From: Laetmonice hystrix
Lineage: Eukaryota
DNA: 64,000 bases
Assembly: GCA_965235115.1 (NCBI GenBank)
Contig: OZ249436.1
Span: 54,872,001-54,936,000 of the forward strand
Direction of reading: 5' to 3'
The position numbers were made by a program, and so were the translations under genes. The notes beneath the pieces were generated by a model, which searched no databases, was not told where the DNA came from, and was given only the letters and a program-made list of their open reading frames with translations. Shown here piece by piece: positions 1-11,608 of the stretch (position 1 is the first letter of the stretch; every line of letters starts with the position of its first letter).

Positions 1-3
1 TAC

Positions 4-2044
4 CAAGACGGCGATGCCTGTAAAGAATCTGAGAACGACAAAGACGATGTAGCCTGACGACAGGCAGGTCGCCGCCCCGAAGATGAACGTGAACAGAGTT
101 CCGCCGATGAACACTTTTTTACGTCCGTAGCGATCAACTAAAAGCGAACAGAACATTTCGCCAAACAACCCGCCTGCCTGGTAAATCGTCTGCGACATTT
201 CAGTCCAGAAGCGGTCGTCACATACCAGGTCCCACTGCAAGAAAAACGGCACTGAAAGTATTCGGATACATGTTATACAGGGTGGGCCCAAAAAAGTCCG
301 TGCCAAACCAGGCAAGCTAAGAATCTTCTGACACGCGAAACAGTCTTAATGTCATCAAAATCAGTCAAGCTAATCAAAGGTTATGCCACTTTTAATGCAG
401 CAAAGTCACACCCCAGTTCATTAGCCCCATTTCATTATTTGACAGCTATAGAACTTGCCACTGTAAAAAGAGACAAATACTTTGCTCCACAAAAAACGGC
501 ATGACTTTTGATTTGATTGACTGATTTTGAAGAATTAAAGACTTTCATGTAAGAAGATTCCCTGTCAGCATATGGGCTCTGAGGTTGCCTAGTTTGGCGG
601 ACATTTTCTGTGGCACACCATGTATAGCTTAAGGGACCATAAGTGTCATTGGGTTACCATTGATTATGTTGAACTCTGTCCTCTTAATTGTAATTTTACT
701 GCCGCCCCCCACGACGTTCATGCCTGTAGAACGACGTTGATTTCATGAGACGTATTACATTCCTACCCCATACTTGTGTTTCCAATGACCGCTCCTGATG
801 AGAAGCGCCTGATTTCTAATCATTCCCCCTGTACACAAATGTACACAAATCTCCGCTGTTTCTGCTTACGTCAGCAACTATGGAGGTGGAAGCAGGCTCC
901 TCGGTATACGTCCATCCGTTCGTACAACCGGTCGTAGCGTTGTCCACTGTGTGATTGACGTACATCTTACATTGATGCCATGCTCCCTCCTCCCCGTCGG
1001 GTTTTGATACCCAGGGTATCGTCTCATTAATAAGCTGACCTTCAGGAACCCTGCAGTGATGACGGGGTTCTAGGCCTGTAACGTGCCAGAAACATCAAGC
1101 TGCCATTTTGCAAAAGAGCATGCATGAACTCATACGTCTATATGCGTTAACACAATGAAGTCCAAATCCCTCCATCTTTAATGCCATCTTCCTTTTGAGA
1201 TCCCTTTGTATTGGCACTCCACGTACCCCCCCCCCCCCCCCCACCCTGTGCAGGTATGCTGGTTTTGAAAGATTTTCCTTCTATTTGTTTAGAATATTAT
1301 CACCACCTCACCATATCATAATTTCATGCTAACAGACGGTTTTATTTTTTTATTCTGTTGCCGATTTGGACAGATTAAAACTCATCTTGCAGCTCGCAAT
1401 CCGTAGGCCTACCCTCTTTATTATTATAGTTAGTTAGTTTAGTTTTATTCACCATATAAATAGTGTATATAAAAAGGGCAACAACAAACGACAAACGGTT
1501 ACAAAACTATGTACGGAGTTACATATTGGACCGACAAAGTCGACTTGGACCGCGGCCCAACCCTCTTCGTTGATAAGTACCGGTAATCCGGTATACAAGT
1601 ATAAATAGGTAATACTCTGTCCTCTATCTAATCTTACCTTGTCATGACCATTGCTACTATTATAGTGACCTACAACTGAATGAACTACGTGGCTTACGCT
1701 CAAAGCCTATATGAACTAGAATACTTTTTGTGCATCTATAGCCTCTACTTCACTTATTCAAGCAAATTGTTAATTCATCAGGTTTACTTAACAATAGCCA
1801 CGCTACCCGATATGAGATTTTCCACACTTCAAAAGCTATTGGTTTATATATAATCAGAACAGAAGACGCACGCTATATATTTTCACCGGTATCAAAATAT
1901 AATGTAGGCCCACCTACCTAAAAACACTATTGACAGGCCATGCCAACATAGGGGCATGAATCCAAAAATTCCTAGAAAGCTGAAAATTGCTATGTGCCAT
2001 CTTTTGTAGCCTCCAACGACCGCCAACGCTGCATCAACATCCAT
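4..2044 (-). CDS. SLC22-family (organic cation/anion transporter, MFS) gene, first three coding exons; continues off the left edge
   Basis: Exons 2044-1918 (MDVDAALAVVGGYKRWHIAIFSFLGIFGFMPLCWHGLSIVFL), 1075-870 (GLEPRHHCRVP...QCKMY...GCTNGWTY...TSIVAD) and 234-4 (WDLVCDDRFW...LVDRYGRKKV...FVVLRFFTG). GT-AG sites with matching phases. Shows the SLC22 Cys-rich first loop, the SIVx(E/D)WDLVC motif and the MFS DRYGRK motif. Confidence 0.9.
276..624. mobile_element. Tc1/mariner-type MITE in an SLC22 intron
   Basis: TA|CAGGGTGGGCC...GGCACACCATG|TA imperfect TIRs with TA flanks; subterminal inverted match GCCAAACCAGGCAA / TTGCCTAGTTTGGC. Confidence 0.6.
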
Positions 2045-3417
2045 GACAAGAGTATAAGGGATAGCTCAACCAGATCTCAGTAAACTGAGTGAGTATGGCT
2101 TACTGAGTCACCCCGTGTGTCCACCTCCGAGGGAGAGGGGGCATGTCCTATATGGCCAACCGCCAACGACTGATATCAAACCTGAGTTGAGAGAGAAAAA
2201 ACTCTCACCGAAGTGGATCTGGTTGTGTCCCTTCTTTACTCCAGTAACCACCATCGTTTTGTTCTTTCTTTAGAGATTTGAATCCATCTACTGAAGCCTT
2301 AACGTTCGAGGTCCAGTTGTAATGAACTAATAAGCACTGACCACTGACACTTATCCAAAGGGTTTTGTGGCCGCGTTGCTATCTCTGCACAGAGAGTTGT
2401 GATAGAAGGGTGTCAGTGTCATCGCGATAAAGGATGATAATCAACTACAGTCGTACATTTTTCCAACGATCGACGGTCAAGGGTCAACGTTTTTAACCTC
2501 AGGGCAGATTCAACTCCGCCTGATCGTCTCTATACTTCGGACCTCTGGGGGTATCGCTGAAGGGTGACTCCAGAGATGTTGACATCTAGGAAGGAGGTCA
2601 AAGTTCAGAGTCAACGATTATATTAAACTGTATAAGAGTCCATGATGAATGTATGACTCATTCTTGAACTCACTTTGCAACATTTAAGGGGGGGGGGGTT
2701 ACTGGGGTTGCAACCCCCCCCCCCGTTACGAAGTAATTTTTTTTTCCTGCTTGAAAGGTTCGCACAAAACATACACAACTGTCCCCCCCCCCCCAGCCCC
2801 CCCCCCCCCCTTGGCGCAAACCTGGACCCGCCCCTGAACGTAAGCGATAACCTTTTAAAACATTATCATTTATCATATTGAGCCACTTTAACCAAATCGG
2901 CTTTAATGGCCGTCACTAAGGTAGGTTTCTGGGGTACATTTTCCGCTCTGAGTTTGGGAAGCAGTAATAAAGTATATAGTATCAAACATCCAATAATCAT
3001 ACCAGTAATTAATAGGCCTACATATAGGCGCCCCCGGGATTTCCAAAGGCTGTGTCGAATTTGACTTAACGGGGGGGGGGGCATATTCATGAAAGCTTAC
3101 TAAGTTGGTTACCAAAATAACGCTTAGTTGCCATCTAAGCCTAGTTAGTTGCTAATTATTCACAAAACCTTTCCAGGTCTACTTATATGCTAAGTTCCTC
3201 ACCAAAGCTAGAGTTGATCTGGGGTATCCTACCCCTAAATCTCTAGTAATCAACTAACTCAGCTACGACATCGAGGTGACAGCATGGCAAGGACAATCGT
3301 TGAATTGGAACTGCGACGTGCAATGCGGAGGGAGCGGGTATTCAGAGACCGACGGAATTCCATAGATGTAGCTTTATGAAGAGCGGACCTAGCTATACAG
3401 ATTTATTTCTATTAATA

Positions 3418-3599
3418 CAGGCGCGGATCCAGAGGGGGGGGGGGGGTCCAGGGGGTCCGGACCCCCCCCCCCTGCTCGGGACCAACTTAGGTTTTTGTAA
3501 TGTTATCGGGGAAGGCCCCCAGACCATTGCCCCATCCCCCGGTGGCTCGCATCTTCTGGACCCCCCCCCCCCCTGCAAAAATTCCTGGATCCACGCCTG
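3418..3599. mobile_element. MITE with CAGGCG(C/T)GGATCCAG TIRs and 5-bp TSD
   Basis: TAATA|CAGGCGCGGATCCAG...CTGGATCCACGCCTG|TAATA. Confidence 0.8.
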
Positions 3600-3838
3600 T
3601 AATATGCCTATTGGTATCTTTGTGCTTCGCATCAAGCATGTCTATATATTCTTCGTGCTTTTCATCAAGAAATATTATGTTTCTAGCTGAAGAGTCTCTA
3701 GTGTTTCAGAGAATCACTGTAGGTATTTGCTTACTTTATTTGCCGCCCGTGCGCAGTATTCTGTAACAGTGACATTAACATGGATGATCCAACCCAACCT
3801 ATTCAATATGGTGGCCTTTGACTAGCGATTATAATTAA

Positions 3839-4046
3839 AGGTAATATGTCACGAATTTCAAATAATACGTCGTGTTTCAGCAAAAATATGCCTGCATTGC
3901 GGTTCTCCGATATGCCCCAAAGGTCCCCTACCTGTTTATGTAGCTTTGGCCGGTATTTTGTAAAAAAAATTCGCCAATTCTTAATGCGGTCACTGAAAAT
4001 GACACAGTTAGATTCCGAGACCCCGGGATTTGCAGCCGGCTGTGTT
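3839..4046. mobile_element. End fragment of a TTAA-flanked (Kolobok-like) non-autonomous element
   Basis: Starts TTAA|AGGTAATATGTCACG. A near-identical inverted copy lies at ~45362-45570. Confidence 0.6.
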
Positions 4047-4081
4047 AAGACGTGCCCTTACTCGCCATGGAATGTACGATT

Positions 4082-4521
4082 GTATTTTTTCTTTTGAAAT
4101 GCACGGGCATCAGGGGTAACCCAATTACTTTGACAATGTCCCTAAAGAGAAAAGTTGTATAGTCCTCTACAGGAATCGAACCCAGGCCCTAAGATTACTG
4201 CACCCATTCGCATAGCATAAGGTGTCGACATCCATGCCCACTAGGCCACCGCCACTCCCCTAAAAAGGAGCTTTGGTGGTCGAGCAGGACAATGGACCCT
4301 CCCCCCTACACACATCTTTTTGAAATGAGACGGAATCCATATTTTCCTAGTTAGAGCTACACATGATTTCTACCGAACATTGACTGTTAAGGTAATCCTG
4401 GCACTGGCGTAGACTGTATTTTTTCTTTTGAAATGCACGGGCATCAGGGGTAACCCAATTACTTTGACAATGTCCCTAAAGAGAAAAGTTGTATAGTCCT
4501 CTACAGGAATCGAACCCAGGC
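4082..4521 (-). mobile_element. tRNA-derived (pol III box) repeat, partially tandem-duplicated
   Basis: Minus strand has A-box-like TGGCCTAGTGG (~4250-4240) and B-box GGTTCGATTCC (~4182-4172). Segment 4082-4187 is repeated at ~4416-4521. Confidence 0.55.
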
Positions 4522-5334
4522 GTGTTTAACTCCTGTTACAGTAGTCCTCCGGGCTCTGGGCACTGTCAAATGTCGCAGTTATGGGGCGTTTGTTTGTAAA
4601 CCGGAACCCCCGACAACTCCCAGCACCACAACTACCACCGTAAATACGTTAAAAGGTGGATCACACAAAGAATACTAGTGCCACGATGTTGTCATGGAGT
4701 CTTAATGAACCGTACCTGTCAAAAGGTCTCCTCAACTACAGCTTTTTTCCTTGTCGCATTTGTGTTGTTGTTGCAGCGACAATTGGACAGCCTTGGCTTG
4801 GTGATACATCCAAAACCGGGAGCTTTGCCCGACCCCCCTTGAAATTTCAGTAACCCACGTCAAATGGCGAAGGAGCAATCTCTTGCTTTGGGAAGTTCTC
4901 TCCCTTTTTCTCCCATTTGGAGTTCTCCGATTGACCTCAAAAGTAGTCAAAATGTGAGAAAAGGGGTGCTAGATGTACTGAATGCGCTGTCTTTGCGTCG
5001 CTGTTGGTAGAGGCCATAAAGTTCGAGTCCGAGACGAGGGTAACCAGAATCGGTTTCATGGGTAACGATGGGTAACTGAATATTTTGACTGGTCACAAAT
5101 TATTGAAAGAGTCTAATAAAATAACTTCTCCTCTATGTGAATATACGTAAGCTCTAAGAACCCCCCTTATATAAGGTGTGAGTAGAACTGTCCATGTGAG
5201 TTCCAAGTACCGTACCAATCCTCTTTGCGTCCAGCCAGCTTCCTGCAGCTGGAGGGGATTTCCACGTGTGTTTTACCCTAGGCCTAATTGTCGGTCACCA
5301 ACCATAGCTATAGCTGACAGTCATCTTTGTTCTT

Positions 5335-5392
5335 CTCTTTGTCTGTCTGTCTCTGCTGCTCTCTCTCTCTCTCTCTCCCTCTCTCTCTCTCT

Positions 5393-5434
<42 letters not shown>
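5335..5434. repeat. (CT)n microsatellite
   Basis: Direct reading. Confidence 0.95.
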
Positions 5435-5437
<3 letters not shown>

Positions 5438-5718
5438 TGGTCAGCAAGGAGGTGGTGCAAATATGTCATACAATAAATCTTAAAGAAACCACGTGAAAAT
5501 GTACACACATGAACCTAAAATCCCCAAACTTTATACTAATTGTCTAAAATTTTACTTGTAAGGTTTTTGAATTATACCTAGCTATTTTACTTATTTAAAA
5601 CTGTCTGGTTGGGTACTGGCTTCGTACTAGACTTTATTGAGTCCTTCTGTCCTCTACATGGGCTACCCTAAACAATGATTCCAAAAATATAAAAAGAGGC
5701 AAGCTTTGCAAAATTGTG

Positions 5719-5724
5719 TTTATT
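5719..5724 (-). terminator. Candidate polyadenylation signal (AATAAA) of the ALDH gene
   Basis: TTTATT on the + strand ~220 nt past the stop codon; a second one at 5633-5638. Confidence 0.5.
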
Positions 5725-5940
5725 ATCTTAAATTGATTGATGATTGCCGATTTTGTTCGAAACCTCTAACATCAATCGATATCTTGCAATATCGATCCTG
5801 GAATGTCCTTTTTTATCTCAAAGAATAACCACATTGAGCTGATGGCGGATGTCGACCATTGTCCGCAAGAGACCAGCACGCGCACACCGCCGTAGTTAGG
5901 TAATGCCTGCAGAGTCCAACGTCTTGAGACAGGAATTTTT

Positions 5941-8900
5941 CTACGAGTTCTTCTGCGGGAGCTTGATCATGACCTGTCAACCATCAACAAATTCCTTACT
6001 CGTTCTGTATTGTCCATCGTAATAGATATTATTAATTCAAACAGACACAATTGGTACTAGAGTTTTGATAGATACATTGAAGCTGCCTCTTCCAACCCTT
6101 GACTAGCCTACAGTGGGATTAAATGTGTGCCATTCAATATCCAGTACAACCTTATGTACATCGCATATTATTGGGTGTGAAACATTAAATTAATACGATC
6201 TGGATTCCAAATGTCTGTTACCTACCGTTTTGACCTCTGTGTACGCCGACAGACCGTAGGAACCTCTGAATAATAACACATCAATCACCAATCATTGAAT
6301 CATAGACACCAATCATTTGACACCCAGTCTGTCCAGGACATGACCATCTTCCAATCTTACAAGGAGTACGGGGGAATTTAAATGTCCCGTTCTCAGTCCT
6401 AGGATTAGCATCCAGAAAGTGGTTGCTATTTTCATACGAATTAAATGGGAGCTGACTTACAGTTCGCGACCGATTCCCGACATCTTGAAGCCACCGAAAG
6501 GAGACTGCGGCGTGACATTATTGTAAGCGTTGACCCTGGAGACATAGAAAAGTTACGTCGTGTATTCTAGCAACCTTATCAGTTCATAGTTCAACCTCAT
6601 CAGTTCATAGTTCAACCTCATCAGTTCATGGTTCACGTATACACCCACACCCACACCCAGTGCCGTACCAGACAGTGCCGGCCTGGATGGAGTTGGCGAT
6701 GGTAAGCGCCTTGTCGATGTCCTTGGTGAAGACTGCCGCCCCCAGTCCGTAGTGTGTGGCGTTGGCCCTCTCTACCACCTCCTCCAACGTCTTGAACTTG
6801 AAGATGGACTGCACAGGGCCGAAGATCTGTGACACCAGCCATCCCCATCATAATATGTCAGTCAATAATCATACAATTCGAGAGAAAAAAAGCAGATACC
6901 AAAATTCAGAACCTTGATATAGGCCTAGGGTTTATGTGACACGGGCGTTGCCAGAGGTCTTACAGAAACGGTCATTTCCCTCCTCTATACGACCAACATC
7001 AGCTTTGGATCAGTAAAATGCTCGCTGTGCAACGTCTTTAGCGTAGGCCGACGGTATCAAAGGCTTGATTGTTAATGGAAAGAAATCATCAGGAATCTCA
7101 TCAAAAAGATATTTCTCTCGGTAAGTTCCACCGGGTGTATACTGACCTCCTCCTTGGCGATGCGCATGTCATCCTGGACGTCATAGAAAACGGTGGATTC
7201 GACAAAGTAGCCCTTTTCGCCTTTCCTGGAGCCCCCACAGCCAAGCTTGGCACCTTCACCCTTACCGCTCTCAATCAGGTTCAGAATTTTCCCCATCTGC
7301 TCCTCGTCAATCTATAACAGTAACCAACACACGGATTGTTGTCAGGAGATGGGCACAGAAACGGAACTCGCAAGGGACCATCACTCAGGGCAGTCCCATA
7401 TTTTCGAGAAGACACATTTTAAACTGAAATGCTGAATTGTGAAGACACTAGCTTGAAAGTGAACGTATTGCCTGGTGTGAAAAAGTCCTTCATCGTTTTG
7501 GTTATCCAAATCATCAACTACATACGCATCATGACTCATCCCGGAGTCAGGCCAGCAACCGTCTCTACCCAACTGTAAGACACAATGACTAATTGCTGTA
7601 TACCTGGGGCCCGGATTCCGTGCCTTTCACCAGCGGGTCCCCCACCACACGTTTCTGGGCCCGCGCGATACTTTTCTTCACGAACTCCTCATATATTTCT
7701 TCCTGTACAAACGTCCTCGAGCCGGCAACGCAGCACTGTCCCATGTTACTGAAGAGGGCCATGTGACCGGTCTCGACCGCGTAGTCCACTAAACACATCA
7801 GATACATGTAAGTAGGCAAATGTTCATTTTTATCCTATTGCATAAATATGGAGCCATATTATATACTGATCTCCTTAAGAAAACGGATTGACGATCGGTT
7901 ATAGATGATCTTGAAGATCTTCTCGAGTGTCAAATAATACATGGCCTTTCGCAAAAAATGTCAACTTCGTCTTGTATGAGGTTCATTAAAATATAGATCT
8001 CTTCCATGTCTGTAAATGTCGGTGTATCGGGAGAGGTTCTATTATTTGCTGCTCCTTAGATCTATTGTTAAATAGGGGCTTTCTCGTGCCGTCAATCTGG
8101 ACCAGTGGCGGATCCAGGGTTTTTATTTATTGGGGGGGGGGGGGGGGGGGCACAGCTGGGTGGGTGGATGAGCAAGGGTCAGATCACCTCAACTTTCAGT
8201 ATGTAGAGACTCTGCTTTTGAAAACTTTCGGCCACTGTGGACCATATGAAAAAGTGAATCTCAACACGTACTATCGGCGTCAGCCAGGATGATGTTGGGG
8301 CTCTTTCCTCCCAGTTCCAACGTCACACGTTTGAGGTTACTTTTTCCCGAGCCTTGTTGAATCAGTTGGCCCACCTGAAACCCGAGAAGGTTACGTTTGA
8401 AGAGGGGTAGATTTTCTGCCTCGGTTAACGTGAGATTTATAAATAGTATAACCTAGATATAGGAGGTACATGAATGTGTCTGTGACTGTTGGTTGTCCCA
8501 ATTTCCCACTTTAATAATGTTTAAATGATGCTAGCGAACACACTTGTCTTTGAAAAAAAGAGGAATTCTTCATTTTAGCCTAGACTTTAGCATGAGGTAA
8601 AACCTCACTTAGACTCGTGGCGCCGCCTGTCGGTATAGACGGAGTATACGTCACTGACCTCAGTGGATCCGGTGAACGCCACCTTGTTTACATCCGGGTG
8701 GTCTACGATAGCGCCACCTGCCGTCGGGCCGTAACCTGGCAACACGTTCACTACTCCTGGCGGAAAGCCTGCCTGGAAACAATCCGCAGAGACGGTCGAT
8801 AGGCGGAAAGTGAGACAGAATCCTGGAAATAAGTGCGTCGGACCAGGCGACGGGCGACGGACCATATTTTGGCACAAGCAAACAAAACGGAAAACAGCTT

Positions 8901-11314
8901 AATGAAACAGCCCCTTGACGTTTACAGGCGCGGACGTAGGATTTTTTTAAAAGGGTCGGCTAGGAGCCTTGGGCAGGTCGAGGGAGGCGTAGGCCTAAAG
9001 CCAGAGGACATCCCCGGAAAAAATTGAAATTTAATTTCCAATTTGGCGAGATTTGGTGCATTTTGGAGCACAAAATGAGGTATTAAATGATATGTCAAAA
9101 GTAAATGGAAGAATTCATGTAAACTTGTCACGTGAGTAAACTAGGAAATTATAGGTTTATCTTCGCAATAAAGCGACATACCGGTGAATGACAAGGAATC
9201 TTGACGGGTGCCTGTCTAGGCCTATACGAACCCTCTATTGTTTATTGATCAAAGTAACCAAGGTATTTACCCACCTCCTTACAGAGACCGGCTATAGCCA
9301 GGGCCGTCAGTGGAGTTTGCTCGGCAGGTTTGAGTACAAGCACATTACCGGTGGCCAGGGCAGGACCGATCTTCCAGATGAACATACAGATCGGATAGTT
9401 CCACTGAAATAATTAAAAATGTTAACAAGTAACAAGCAGTATAAATCTGGATCGTCATCTATTTCACTAACTTTACCAACCCTGGAATCGTGTCCGGGGA
9501 GGGGGGATTCGAGGGCTCGGGGGGCGAACCCCCCACCCTCCCCCGCTCAGAGCCCCCCAATTCTTTTTTTTTTTTGCACACGCGCCTGTTACATGGCATG
9601 TTAATTATCAAAGTAGGATTTAATATTTTGAAGAGCAGTTGTCGTTAATTGCCATTGTCCAACGCCTTACCGGAATGATCTGTCCACAGACGCCGACTGG
9701 CTCATGGCGGGTGTAACAGAAGAAGTTTCCGTCTGTTGAAAAAAAACAAGCAGAACCCGTGAAAGGGACGTTACCTTTGGGAAGAAGATCATTATAATAC
9801 TTTCTATCCGTTACTTTTGGGCATATAAATTACGAGTTGAAATCAGGCTATCAAGCCTCACTGTGCGAAGGCGCTAAAAAAGACATGTAGGATTACCTAA
9901 TATTTTCGGGGTGACTTAAGAGGGGGTTTACCGACCCTTGCCAACCATGCTTCCCATTTTCCTCCATAGAACTTTCTAAATTGGCCCTCCCAAACCATCC
10001 TTGATAAAATTGCCACCTTACACCTCCCCCCCCCCCCTTCTCAAAGTCCTGGATCCGCCCTGGAAAGTAGGCCTACCTATCGATATAGGTCGATATTTGT
10101 TGTTAAAACCCGCTTACCGACGGGAATTGTCTGCCCCACATTTTTGTCCGCCCATCCGGCGTAGTACCGGATTACGTTAACGGCGAACGGCACGTCACCG
10201 AAGTAGGAGTCGGTGAATGGCTTGCCATTGTCATACGTCTCCAGGTTCTGCGAAAAGATCAAGGTCATCAAACCTAATGCTAAAAATAGGCCCGAGTTCA
10301 TGTGATGACATTTGTGGGAGGATACTCTTGTTTTATCTTGACGACTCCTTTTTTATCGATCGTTGTTTACTGACTTGTCTGGTCGAAGTGACACCAGGGG
10401 CTCGTTTCACTAAGACTGTACAAGCTCGTATATGGCCTTATAGCTCGTAAAGAAGCAAAAACTCGTAAATTTTGCTATTATAATCTATAGAAAGTACGAG
10501 CTCGTAAAATACGAGTGTTTAGTGAAACGGGCCCTGAACATGAGCCCCCGGGCACCAGGGTGATATAACTTTCCTGTTGATCTCTGTTTACTCGAAACTT
10601 TGACAAAAAGGTTGTAAAACGTTACCTTAAACCCGATATAAACATGTAGGGCCTACTATCTTTTCTAATCACAAAGATATGGTTTCGCTATAGTTAGGGC
10701 CTCTCCACAACAATACCACAGGCATGAGTAAAATTAACAGCGATGATCTTGTGTTTGACATACAGCCAAGTAACTGCGGTCTCGCATCATGAGGTCTGCC
10801 AGTTTATTCAGGAGACGCCCGCGATTTGATGCGTCCATCGTCCGCCAGGTGGATCCGATTTGGAAGGCATTTTTTGCCGCAGCCACCGCCTTGTTGACGT
10901 CAGCCTTCAACATAGAAACTCGAATGGGGAAGTATAGTTTTCTGGAACGCTGGGTCAAATAGAAACTAGATTTGTCCCCGTAATATAGTTATGGTTCTAT
11001 GAGTTTTACCGCCAGCTTTTATCGGCATGCCTATCGACATAAAAAAAAAACCCGCCACCTTCTCAATTACTGCAGGTTATTTGGTTTTTTTTTTACATGT
11101 TTAGGAATCGTTGTTGTGTGACTGCCCCGTTAACGCGTGACGATATGGATTAACGGGCTCACCTTGTCTGCCTCCTGTACCTGGGCGATGACCTCTCCGG
11201 TGGCCGGGTTGTGGGTGGGAAAGGTCTTACCGCTCTCCGAGTTCACCCATTCATTGTTGATGAACAGCTGTCAGAAAAGATAGATCAGATCAATGAAGAG
11301 TTACGAGAGAGGGG

Positions 11315-11396
<82 letters not shown>

Positions 11397-11398
11397 GG

Positions 11399-11478
<80 letters not shown>

Positions 11479-11532
11479 GAGACAGAGAGACAGAGAGAGA
11501 GGGGGGAGGGAGAGAGAGGGGGGAGGGGAGGG

Positions 11533-11608
<76 letters not shown>

